A stretch of 64,000 bases of DNA from Candidatus Eiseniibacteriota bacterium (lineage in GTDB: Bacteria > Eisenbacteria > RBG-16-71-46): the NCBI GenBank assembly GCA_044223005.1, contig JBGAML010000002.1:192001-256000 (forward strand), in the 5' to 3' direction. The first letter of the stretch is position 1. Every line of letters starts with the position of its first letter. The translations under genes and the position numbers were made by a program. Of this stretch, positions 1 through 10,386 are shown piece after piece. Under the pieces are notes generated by a model. It saw only the letters and a list, made by a program, of their open reading frames with translations. It was not told the origin of the DNA and made no database searches.

Positions 1-1
1 C

Positions 2-610
2 GTGCTGGGCGTCGCGCGCCGGCTCAAGCCCGTGTCGCGCCAGGGCCGCAAGGTGCTCGGCGACGTGGCGGCGCTCACCGACGTCGAGGCGCACTTCCGC
101 AAGCTGGGCGATCTCGAGCGCCGCGCGTGGGCGCGGCTGCTGAAGCGCGAGACCAAGCCGCGCAACCCGAACGCCGAGTTCGAGGAGCAGATGACGTTCG
201 GCCAGCGCGTCGCCGACCGCGTCGCGACGTTCGGCGGCAGCTGGACGTTCATCGGGATCTTCCTGCTCCTGATGCTGATCTGGATGATGATCAACACCAT
301 CATCCGCAAGCCCTTCGATCCCTATCCGTTCATCCTCTTGAACCTCTGTCTCTCGTGCCTCGCGGCGCTGCAGGCGCCGGTGATCATGATGAGCCAGAAC
401 CGCCAGGCGGCGAAGGACCGGCTCATGGCGAGCAACGACTACGAAGTGAACCTGCGCACCGAGATGGAACTGTCCAAGCTGCACGTCCGTTTCGACGAGC
501 TGCGCGAGAAGCAGTGGGCGGAGCTGGTCGAGATGCAGCGCCGGCAGATCGAGCTGCTGGAGCGCCTGCTGCGCGAGCGCGAGGCGGGCGGGAGCGGCGC
601 GGGCGCCTGA
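2..610 (+). CDS. DUF1003 domain membrane protein (5'-partial)
   Basis: TFGQRVADRVATFGGSWTFI and FDPYPFILLNLCLSCLAALQAPVIMMSQNRQ are DUF1003 signature segments; the frame is open at the window edge. Confidence 0.85.
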   Translation: MLGVARRLKPVSRQGRKVLGDVAALTDVEAHFRKLGDLERRAWARLLKRETKPRNPNAEFEEQMTFGQRVADRVATFGGSWTFIGIFLLLMLIWMMINTIIRKPFDPYPFILLNLCLSCLAALQAPVIMMSQNRQAAKDRLMASNDYEVNLRTEMELSKLHVRFDELREKQWAELVEMQRRQIELLERLLREREAGGSGAGA

Positions 611-752
611 AACCACGCGCAGGAGCCGCGCGCGAGGCTCAGGGGCCGAGCGAGTCGCCGAGTCCGCCGCGTTGACGCCGACCCGGCCCGGGCCTAGCGT
701 CCGGCCCGCGTCCGCGGAATCTCCCGCGGCCCCTCGCCTCGGAGGTGATCGG

Positions 753-1280
753 ATGATCCTTCGCCGTGTTCTCTTCGGCGTCACCGCGCTCGCGATGCTG
801 CTCGTCGCCGGCACCGCGCTCGCGCAGGGCGGGAAGCCCGTGCAGCTCTCACTGTTCAATCCCGTGCAGCTCGTTCCCGAGAAGGAGAGCATCTCGGGGC
901 TGCGCCTGAACCTGATCTACGGCGTCAACCAGAACGTGCAGGGCCTCGACTGGGGTCTCGTCAATCACACGCGCGGCGACGAGTTCGCGTGGCAGCTGGG
1001 CGGCGTGTGCTACGTCGAGAAGAACATGACCGGTTGGCAGGACGGCTGGGTGAACATCACGCAGGGCGAGTTCACCGGCTTCCAGAGCGGCCTCTTCAAC
1101 CAGGCGGGCCAGGGCAACGGCGTCATGTTCGGCGTCGTCAACGTGACGAAGTCGATGCACGGGCTGCAGCTCGGCATCCTCAACGTGACCGAGACGCTGA
1201 ACGGCCTGCAGATCGGCATCGGCAACATGGTGCAGAAGGGCAAGACGCCGTTCCTACCCATCGTGAACTGGTCTCACTGA
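753..1280 (+). CDS. secreted short-repeat surface protein (LA_2272-like G-x-Q-x-G-x-x-N repeats)
   Basis: GGAGGT RBS at 741, ATG 753, signal peptide, repeated GLQLGILN / GFQSGLFN units. Confidence 0.7.
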   Translation: MILRRVLFGVTALAMLLVAGTALAQGGKPVQLSLFNPVQLVPEKESISGLRLNLIYGVNQNVQGLDWGLVNHTRGDEFAWQLGGVCYVEKNMTGWQDGWVNITQGEFTGFQSGLFNQAGQGNGVMFGVVNVTKSMHGLQLGILNVTETLNGLQIGIGNMVQKGKTPFLPIVNWSH

Positions 1281-1369
1281 CGCGGCCACACCACGCCCGA
1301 CGGCCACGCCCGCGCCCGCGGACGTGGCCGTCCGCGTTCGGGGCGACGCTGCGGCCGGCGAACGCCGCA

Positions 1370-1399
1370 TTCGCGTCCCGGCGCGCGCTCGCCTACGCT
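1370..1399 (+). promoter_or_regulatory. putative promoter TTCGCG-N18-TACGCT upstream of pepD
   Basis: the same two boxes and spacing, including 15 identical bp CGCTCGCCTACGCTG, recur at 4891-4921. Confidence 0.45.
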
Positions 1400-1444
1400 G
1401 GGCGGCGTTCCCGCGCACCCACCCATGCCTCCCGGAGTCCCGTC

Positions 1445-2905
1445 ATGTCGAGCACGTCCGCCATTGCCGGCCTCGAACCCGCCGCCCTCTGGAAGTACTT
1501 CGCCGAGCTCGCCCGCATCCCGCGCGAGTCCAAGCACGAGAAGGCCGCGGGCGACTGGGTCGTGCGCGTCGCGAAGGAACTCGGACTGCCCTGCGAGCGC
1601 GATCGCGTCGGCAATGTGCTCGTGCGCAAGCCGGCATCGCCTGGGCGCGAGCACGCGCGCTCGCTCTGCCTGCAGGGCCACCTCGACATGGTGTGCGTGG
1701 CGGCGCCCGGCAAGCGCCACGACTTCGCGAACGATCCGATCGAACTCGTGCGCCGCGGTGAATGGCTGGGGGCCGACGGCACGACGCTCGGCGCCGACAA
1801 CGGCATCGCCGTCGCGACCATGCTCGCGATCGCCGCGGACCGCTCGCTCGTGCACGGTCCGCTCGAACTGCTCTTCACGATCGACGAGGAGACCGGGCTG
1901 ACCGGCGCGCACTCGCTCGAGCCCGGATGGCTCGAGAGCGGCATGCTGATCAACCTCGACACCGAGGAAGAGGGCGAGCTGTGCGTCGGCTGCGCCGGCG
2001 GCCGCGACACCAACGGATCGTGGGAGCTGGTGCTGGAGCCGCTGCCCGCTGGCTGGGCCGCGCTCGACGTCGCCGTGACCGGCCTCAAGGGCGGGCACTC
2101 CGGCGTCGAGATCCACCAGGGCCGCGCCAACGCGATCAAGCTGCTGAACCGCGTGATCGCCGCGCTCGACCCGCTGCGCGCGCGGATCGCCCGCTTCGAG
2201 GGCGGCAGCAAGCGCAACGCGATTCCCGCCGAGGCGCGCGCCGTGGTCTGCGTGCGCAAGACCGACGTGGACGCCGCGCGCGAGCGGATCGCCGCGCTGC
2301 GGGCGGTCCTGCGCGCCGAGATCCCCACCGTGGAGCCCGGGCTCGACGTGGTCGCGGGCAGTTCGCGCAGCCGGCCCACGCGCGTCTGGGCGCGCGCGCT
2401 GCAGCGCAAGGTCCAGCGCACGATCACCGGGCTGCCCCACGGGGTCACCAAGATGAGCGCCGAGATTCCGGGGCTCGTCGAGACCTCGACCAACGTCGCC
2501 GTGCTCACGCAGGGGCCGCGTGCGATCACGCTCGCGACCAGCCAGCGCAGCATGGTCGAGTCGGAGAAGCAGGACGTGATCGACACCGTCACGGCCGTCC
2601 TCGACCTGGGCGGCGCCACGGTTTCCGGCAGCGACGGCTATCCCGGCTGGAAGCCGGACCTGGCCTCGCGCGTGCTCGCCGCCTCGCGCGACGTGTATCG
2701 CGAGCAGTACGGCAAGGAGCCGCTCGTGCGCGCGATCCACGCCGGGCTCGAGTGCGGCATCATCGGCGAGAAGTACCCGGGCATGGACATGGTCTCGCTC
2801 GGGCCCACGATCACCGGCGCGCATTCGCCCGAGGAGGCGGTGGAGATCGCCAGCGTGCGCCGGTACTGGGATGCGCTGCTCGCGATTCTCGCGCGGATCG
2901 ACTGA
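1445..2905 (+). CDS. pepD: aminoacyl-histidine dipeptidase, peptidase M20C
   Basis: LQGHLDMVC, GTTLGADNGI, DEETGLTGA, NLDTEEEG, IHAGLECG and GAHSPEE motifs. Confidence 0.92.
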   Translation: MSSTSAIAGLEPAALWKYFAELARIPRESKHEKAAGDWVVRVAKELGLPCERDRVGNVLVRKPASPGREHARSLCLQGHLDMVCVAAPGKRHDFANDPIELVRRGEWLGADGTTLGADNGIAVATMLAIAADRSLVHGPLELLFTIDEETGLTGAHSLEPGWLESGMLINLDTEEEGELCVGCAGGRDTNGSWELVLEPLPAGWAALDVAVTGLKGGHSGVEIHQGRANAIKLLNRVIAALDPLRARIARFEGGSKRNAIPAEARAVVCVRKTDVDAARERIAALRAVLRAEIPTVEPGLDVVAGSSRSRPTRVWARALQRKVQRTITGLPHGVTKMSAEIPGLVETSTNVAVLTQGPRAITLATSQRSMVESEKQDVIDTVTAVLDLGGATVSGSDGYPGWKPDLASRVLAASRDVYREQYGKEPLVRAIHAGLECGIIGEKYPGMDMVSLGPTITGAHSPEEAVEIASVRRYWDALLAILARID

Positions 2906-2916
2906 AGTCCCGCATG

Positions 2917-2957
2917 CGCACGGCGGCGGCTCGCGACGCGGGCCGCCGCCCCGTGCG
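2917..2957. terminator. GC-rich hairpin between convergent pepD and uup-like genes
   Basis: GGCGGCGGCTCGC (2922-2934) pairs with GCGGGCCGCCGCC (2938-2950); no U-tract. Confidence 0.4.
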
Positions 2958-4757
<1,800 letters not shown>

Positions 4758-4890
4758 GGGCTCCCGGACGGGCTGGAGGCGGTGCCGGCGGACGCCGGCG
4801 GGGACGGGCCGCGCACTGTGCGGCAGCGTTCGCGCGCGTGCAAACGTCACCCACGACCGGCGTGTGGCCGATTCGCGGGGCGCGGCCGCG

Positions 4891-4920
4891 TTCGCGCTCC
4901 GCCGCCCGCTCGCCTACGCT
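4891..4920 (+). promoter_or_regulatory. putative promoter TTCGCG-N18-TACGCT for a leaderless HI0933-family transcript
   Basis: matches 1370-1399; ATG 4928 lies 7 nt after the -10-like box and has no RBS. Confidence 0.45.
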
Positions 4921-4927
4921 GCGGCTC

Positions 4928-6256
4928 ATGTCCACCCGCCACGTTCTCGTGATCGGCGCCGGCGCCGCCGGGCTCACCGCCGCGCTGCGCGCCGCGCAGG
5001 GCGGCGCGCGCGTCACGCTCGCCAACGCGCATCCCCGGCCCGGGCTCAAGATCCTGATGAGCGGCGGCACGCGCTGCAACGTCACGCACCGCGAGGTGAG
5101 CGAGCGCGACTTCGAGGGCGGCTCGCGCCACGTGATCGCGCGCATCCTGCGCGCGTTCCCCGTGCCGATGACGCTCGCCTGGTTCACCGACGAGCTCGGC
5201 GTGACGCTCAAACTCGAGGAGACCGGCAAGTACTTCCCGGAGAGCGACGACGCGCAGACCGTACTCGATGCGCTGCTCGGCGCATGTTCGCGCGCGGGCG
5301 TCATGACCCGGTTCGGCGCGCGCATCGTGCGGCTCGAACGCGCGGGCGAGCGCTGGCGCGCGGGCGTGCAGCCGATCGCCGACGCGGGCGCGCTGGGCGC
5401 CGAGGTCGTGGAGGCCGCGCGCGAGCGCTGGCCGCTGCCCGCCGCACCGCCCGCGGAATGGCTCGAGGCCGATGCGGTGATCCTCGCCACCGGTGGACTC
5501 TCGTTTCCGCGCACCGGCAGCGACGGCAGCGGCTACGCGCTCGCGACCGCGCTCGGCCACACGCTGGTGCCGCCCGTGCCCGCGCTCACGCCGCTCACGG
5601 CGGTGGATCCCATCTGCCGCGGCGCGCAGGGCGTCACGCTGGAGGCGCAGCTCGCGCTCTGGGTGGACGGCCGCGTCGCCGAGCGCTCACACGGCTCGCT
5701 GCTCTTCGCCCACTTCGGCCTGAGCGGTCCCGCCGCGCTGGACCTGTCGCGCCACTGGCACCGCGCGGAAGGGAAGGCGCGACGCGTGACGATGTCGTTC
5801 GCCCCCGGCGAGACGTTCGAGACGCTGGAGCGCGCGTGGGTGACGTACGCCGAGACGCATGGCCGCCGCGGCACGCGCACGTGGCTCGCCGAGCGGCTGC
5901 CCGAGCGGATCGCCGACATCGTCACCGCCGAAAGCGGCATCGGCGGCGCCGCGATGAGCCAGGTGCCCCGCGAGCGCCGCGTCGCGCTGCTGCGACGATT
6001 GCTGGAGCGCGACCTCGGCGTGACCGGCACGCTCGGCTACGAGAAGGCCGAAGTCACCGCGGGCGGCGTGCCGCTCACGGAGGTCGACGCCTCCACGCTT
6101 CAGTCGCGCGTCGCCCCGGGCCTGTGGCTCTGCGGCGAGATCCTCGACGTCGAGGGACGGCTGGGAGGATTCAACTTCCAGTGGGCGTGGTCGAGCGGGA
6201 CGGTGGCGGGGAAGGCGGCGGCCAGATCTTCCGAGGACGATCAGGCGCGCAAGTGA
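4928..6256 (+). CDS. HI0933/YhiN (BaiN) family flavoprotein
   Basis: VIGAGAAG, GLKILMSGGTRCNVT, ATGGLSFPRTGSDGSGY, AEVTAGGV, GEILDVEGRLGGFNFQWAWSSG. Confidence 0.92.
   Translation: MSTRHVLVIGAGAAGLTAALRAAQGGARVTLANAHPRPGLKILMSGGTRCNVTHREVSERDFEGGSRHVIARILRAFPVPMTLAWFTDELGVTLKLEETGKYFPESDDAQTVLDALLGACSRAGVMTRFGARIVRLERAGERWRAGVQPIADAGALGAEVVEAARERWPLPAAPPAEWLEADAVILATGGLSFPRTGSDGSGYALATALGHTLVPPVPALTPLTAVDPICRGAQGVTLEAQLALWVDGRVAERSHGSLLFAHFGLSGPAALDLSRHWHRAEGKARRVTMSFAPGETFETLERAWVTYAETHGRRGTRTWLAERLPERIADIVTAESGIGGAAMSQVPRERRVALLRRLLERDLGVTGTLGYEKAEVTAGGVPLTEVDASTLQSRVAPGLWLCGEILDVEGRLGGFNFQWAWSSGTVAGKAAARSSEDDQARK
6176..6211 (+). repeat. att-like direct repeat copy 1, inside the 3' end of the HI0933 gene
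   Basis: TTCCAGTGGGCGTGGTCGAGCGGGACGGTGGCGGGG; recurs at 9555, 11954, 38081 and 41587. Confidence 0.9.
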
Positions 6257-6496
6257 AGGGACCGCCCGCCCCGTCGACGATCGTTCGTGAAAGTCGAGTC
6301 CGAACCTGAAGGAGCGGACGACGTCCCGCGCGGCTCTTGATCCGGCAGTTCGCTTCGATCCAGCGGACTGTCCCCGAACGACCACCGCGCCACGCCCGGC
6401 AGCCCGAATGCATTGGTGACCGGGTTGCGTACCCAGGTGCCGAATTGCGTTCGGGGCGCAAACGATCGGGCAAAACCAATGTCGGCACGAATCGGC

Positions 6497-6553
6497 GCGG
6501 CGCGGCCAACTCGCAAGCGTGGGCCCAGCAATGCCCGCGCCGACGTTCAGGAC
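6497..6553 (-). pseudogene. relic N-terminal fragment of an FAD-dependent monooxygenase
   Basis: reads VLNVGAGIAGPTLASWPRR, a Rossmann GAGIAG motif, with no recognisable continuation. Confidence 0.4.
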
Positions 6554-6711
6554 TGCACGTTCGACGCACGCGGAAGTGCTCGCGGCCCTGACGGACTCCC
6601 CACCGGGGACGATCGAACATCGCGCAGCAGCGGAGAGCGAAGCCACCATTCGAGTCGGAAATCCCTGGGCCCCGGATCAAAAGGTGCGGGCGGACGCAAT
6701 CCAACGAGTCA

Positions 6712-6758
6712 TTGACACGGGTCCCCGCATCGGGAAAACTTGACCAGCGGGTCAAGTT
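6712..6758 (+). promoter_or_regulatory. sigma70-like promoter plus palindromic operator TGACC-N4-GGTCA
   Basis: TTGACA(6712)-N17-AAAACT; perfect inverted repeat AACTTGACC-AGCG-GGTCAAGTT at 6737-6758. Confidence 0.7.
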
Positions 6759-6788
6759 CGACATGAGCGATCGGTCGAGTTCGCGGGA

Positions 6789-7516
6789 GTGGTGGTGTTG
6801 AAAGTGCCGTCACGGCCCTCGGGGGAAGCGGGCGAGCGGGAAAGGCGCGAGGTGGTGGCTCGTCGCGAGTGGGTTCGCGCGGGGCGCCGAAGGTTCAGCG
6901 GGCATGGGCCGAGCGAGGCCCGCATCGAAGATCTGACCACGGAGGCCGGAAGCGCCAAGGGCACGGTCGACACGTACCTTTCCGACGAGGCTGGACACCT
7001 CTGCGAGGTGGCGGCGGGGTACGCGAAGCTCGAAGCGTGCGTTGCGCGACGAGTTCGAAGAGGTGGAGGAGAAGCGGAGGTTCCGCGGCGGGCGGTTCGA
7101 ACTCATCTTCGGTTCTTCGACGTGAACCCGGACCTGATGCGAATCCACCATCGAGTGCGGGGGATGCTCGAGTTCGACCGACCGGAACGGCTCCCGCGGC
7201 GGAACACGATGAGCGCCTGTCTCGCGGCGCTGAGTCAGATCCTTTCCGTCGTTCCGCGCCTGAGTCGGATACGGCGAAGGACCGCCTGACGCTCGCCCGC
7301 ATGTTGTTCGCGGCCATCTCGGGCGTCCGATCGGTCCAGACGACGAGCGAGCCGCACGCTCGGAAGCGTCGTGGCTCACGGGCACTCGGGGACGGCATCG
7401 TCGCGATGGTGCTCGCCTTCATCGACACCCGCGAGTGCTCTGGACGGCGGCAGGGATCGCACGATCCGTCTCGGCGCGATCCACGGGTCGATGTTGTCGA
7501 CCCAGGAGGGAGGTAG
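6789..7516 (+). pseudogene. degenerate, frameshifted TetR-family regulator (paralog of 28450-29232)
   Basis: first frame RIEDLTTEAGSAKGT...FFDVNPDLMRIHHRVRGMLEFD stops at 7289; homology (MLFAAISGVRSV) continues in another frame ending at 7516. Confidence 0.7.
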
Positions 7517-7519
7517 ACC

Positions 7520-9337
7520 GTGCGGAAGAGAGGCCGGACCACAAGCCTGATGTGTGCGCTGGGAGCAGGGCTGCTGTTGTCGCTGCTCGGTGGGTGCGGG
7601 AAAGGGTCCTCCCCGACCGCGCCCGTGATGCAGGGCCAGGCACTCTACGTCACGAATACGAATGCCAGCGTGACGGCCTACGCCGCCGGCGCCGCGGGCG
7701 ACGCCAGCCCGCGCGCGACGATTCGGGATGCATTCCGAAATCCCGCGGGGGTCGGGGGGGACGGCACGGGCAGGACCTACGTCGCCGATCCCTACGGCAA
7801 GAGTGTCACGGTCTACGCCGCAGGCGCCAATGGCGATGACGCCCCAATCGCCACCATCAGGGGTTCGGCCACGATGCTCGGCAACCCCTACGACGTGGCC
7901 GTGGATGGCGCGGGCCGGATCTATGTCGCGGACGAGGGCAACCGCGTCACGGTGTTCGCCGCGGGCGCCAACGGCAACGTCCCTCCGATCGCGACGATCA
8001 GCGGTTCGGCCACCTTGCTCGGCGCCCCCACCGACGTGGTTGTGGATGCTACGGGCAAGATCTACGTCTCGAACTACGGTGGCCAGAGCGTCACGGTCTA
8101 CGCCGCGGGCGCCAGCGGCAACGCCGCCCCGATCGCGGCCATCAGCGGCGCGGCCACGATGTTCAGCAACCCTTCCGGCGTGGCCGTGGATGGGGCCGGC
8201 AAGATCTACGTCTCGAACAGCCTCGGCAACAGCGTCACGGTCTACGCCGCGGGCGCCAGCGGCAACGCCGCCCCGATCGCGGCCATCAGTGGCGCGGCCA
8301 CTTTGTTGAGTGCCCCCAATGGCGTGGCCGTGGATGTCGCGGGCAAGATCTACGTCTCGAACGCCAATGACAACAGCGTCACGGTTTACGCCGCGGGCGC
8401 CAGCGGCAACGCCGCCCCGATCGCGACCATCAGCGGTGCCGCCACCTTGCTGAGTGGCCCGGGCGACGTGGCCGTGGACGGCGCGGGCAGGATCCACGTC
8501 CCGAATAGAGACAACAGTGTCACCGTCTACGCTGCGGGCGCCAGCGGCGACGCCGCCCCGATCGCGAGCATCAGCGGCGCGGCCACCTTGCTGAGTACCC
8601 CCACCGGCGTGGCTGTGGATGGCGCGGGCAAGCTCTACGTCGCGGAGTCAGGCAATCGCGTCATGGTGTACGCCGCGGGCGCCAGCGGCAACGCCGCCCC
8701 GATCGCGACCATCAGCGGCGCGGCCACGATGTTCAGTAACCCCAGCGGCGTGGCCGTGGATGGTGCCGGGAAGATCTATGTCTCGAACCTCGGCAACCGC
8801 GTCACGGTGTACGCCGCGGGCGCCAGCGGCAACGCCGCCCCGATCGCGACCATCAGCGGCGCGGCCACTTTGTTGAGTACCCCCACCGGCGTGGCCGTGG
8901 ATGGCGCCGGCAAGATCTACGTCTCGAACCTCGGCAACCGCATCACGGTGTACGCCGCGGGCGCCAGCGGCAACGCCACCCCGATTGCTCCCATCGGCGG
9001 CGCGGCCACCTTGCTGAACGACCCCACCGGCGTGGCCGTGGATGGCGCGGGCAAGATCTATGTCTCGAACTACAGTGGCCACAGCGTCACGGTGTACGCC
9101 GCGAGCGCCAGCGGCAATGCCGCCCCGCTAGCGACCATCAGTGGTGCGACCACTCTGTTGAGTTCCCCCTTCGGCGTGGCCGTGGATGGCGCAGGCAAGA
9201 TCTACGTCTCGAACCCCCAGGACGACAGGATCACGGTTCATGGCGCGGGTGCCAGCGGCAACGCCGCTCCGATCGCCACCATCAGCGGCATCGACACTGG
9301 GCTGGCTGCCCCCCAGGGCATCGCGCTGCATCCGTGA
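7520..9337 (+). CDS. NHL-repeat beta-propeller lipoprotein, 12 repeats
   Basis: RBS GGAGGGAGG, lipobox LLGGC, twelve ~47-48 aa repeats PxGVAVDGAGKIYVSN..VTVYAAGASGNAAPIATISG. Confidence 0.85.
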   Translation: MRKRGRTTSLMCALGAGLLLSLLGGCGKGSSPTAPVMQGQALYVTNTNASVTAYAAGAAGDASPRATIRDAFRNPAGVGGDGTGRTYVADPYGKSVTVYAAGANGDDAPIATIRGSATMLGNPYDVAVDGAGRIYVADEGNRVTVFAAGANGNVPPIATISGSATLLGAPTDVVVDATGKIYVSNYGGQSVTVYAAGASGNAAPIAAISGAATMFSNPSGVAVDGAGKIYVSNSLGNSVTVYAAGASGNAAPIAAISGAATLLSAPNGVAVDVAGKIYVSNANDNSVTVYAAGASGNAAPIATISGAATLLSGPGDVAVDGAGRIHVPNRDNSVTVYAAGASGDAAPIASISGAATLLSTPTGVAVDGAGKLYVAESGNRVMVYAAGASGNAAPIATISGAATMFSNPSGVAVDGAGKIYVSNLGNRVTVYAAGASGNAAPIATISGAATLLSTPTGVAVDGAGKIYVSNLGNRITVYAAGASGNATPIAPIGGAATLLNDPTGVAVDGAGKIYVSNYSGHSVTVYAASASGNAAPLATISGATTLLSSPFGVAVDGAGKIYVSNPQDDRITVHGAGASGNAAPIATISGIDTGLAAPQGIALHP

Positions 9338-9412
9338 GTGCGCACCGCTGAAGCACTCGCGAATCCCCTCGGTGGAATCGTCGTCGGCCGACATGACCGC
9401 GACGGATTCCGC

Positions 9413-9430
9413 TGTGCCAGAATTGCGCGA
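9413..9430 (+). repeat. arm-site-like 7-mer pair TGTGCCA-N4-TGCGCGA
   Basis: 11-bp period; starts 142 bp upstream of att copy 2. Confidence 0.5.
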
Positions 9431-9554
9431 AACCATCGGCGATCATCGATCCCCACCTGACGCGAACGATCGTCACGCTGTCCCCAATGTGACGCATGCT
9501 GCCCGATGGCGATCCTTCGCGAGGCATCGCGTCGCAGACGAGCGGGGATGCGGC

Positions 9555-9590
9555 TTCCAGTGGGCGTGGTCGACCGGGACGGTGGCGGGG
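9555..9590 (+). repeat. att-like direct repeat copy 2
   Basis: 35/36 identical to 6176-6211; reads FQWAWSTGTVAGRSATR with stop ending at 9608. Confidence 0.9.
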
Positions 9591-9737
9591 CGGAGCGCGA
9601 CGCGGTGAGTCGGACCATGGCCGTGCTCTGCCGTGCACGGTCGTGACACCGCCAGCGGCCGAAATCCGACGTCTCGTGAGGGAGAACCGAGGCGCGAATC
9701 CCAGCCGCGAGGGACCGGAAGCCGACGACGCTTTCCC

Positions 9738-9766
9738 TTGCCATGAGACCGACCGGTCTATACCAT
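9738..9766 (+). promoter_or_regulatory. promoter TTGCCA-N17-TACCAT with palindromic operator AGACCG-AC-CGGTCT in the spacer
   Basis: boxes at 9738-9743 and 9761-9766; palindrome at 9746-9759 resembles the NemR-type box TAGACC-N4-GGTCTA. Confidence 0.7.
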
Positions 9767-9773
9767 GCCCGCC

Positions 9774-10364
9774 ATGAGCCAGGTCCGCGAACGAATCCTC
9801 GAGGTTGCCTCCGACCTCTTCTACCGCCACGGAATCAAGGCCGTGGGAGTCGACGCGATCATCTCCCAGGCGGACGTGGCGCGCATGAGCTTCTATCGCC
9901 ACTTCCGCTCCAAGGACGGGCTGGTCGTGGCCTACCTGGAGCGGCGCGACGAGGCGATTCGGGTCTGGTTCGAGAAGCAGGTGCGCCGGCTCGCGCCGAA
10001 TCCGCGCGACCGTCCGCTGGCGGTCTTTGACGCGCTGGCGATGCGTTTCCGATTCAAGGGGTACCGGGGCTGCGGCTTCACCAACGCGATTGCCGAGGTC
10101 GCAGACCCCGCGAGCGAAGCGCACGGAGCCGCGGCGGCGCACAAGCGGCGCTTCCAGGGCTGGCTCGCAGAGCTCCTGCGCGAAGCGGGGCTGGACGAGA
10201 TCTGCGCGGCGGACCTTCTCCTCCTGTTCGAGGGGGCGACGGCCGCCGCGGTTCGCGAGGGAACGGCCGAGCCTGCGCACCGGGCCAAGCGGATCGCTGC
10301 CGTCCTGCTCGGCGTTCCCGAGCCCCGCCGAATCCCGAAGCGCACGAGCAACCCCCGACACTAG
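9774..10364 (+). CDS. TetR/AcrR family transcriptional regulator (probably leaderless)
   Basis: RERILEVASDLFYRHGIKAVGVDAIISQADVARMSFYRHFRSKDGLV HTH; RGCGFTN C-terminal motif; alternative start 9765. Confidence 0.88.
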   Translation: MSQVRERILEVASDLFYRHGIKAVGVDAIISQADVARMSFYRHFRSKDGLVVAYLERRDEAIRVWFEKQVRRLAPNPRDRPLAVFDALAMRFRFKGYRGCGFTNAIAEVADPASEAHGAAAAHKRRFQGWLAELLREAGLDEICAADLLLLFEGATAAAVREGTAEPAHRAKRIAAVLLGVPEPRRIPKRTSNPRH

Positions 10365-10386
10365 ACCGCCACCCCCCGGAGGCTCC

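Noticed and set aside
7640..9337. NHL repeats as a diversity-generating retroelement target
   Set aside because: No reverse transcriptase and no TR/VR pair with adenine-specific differences was seen; these are ordinary intragenic tandem repeats
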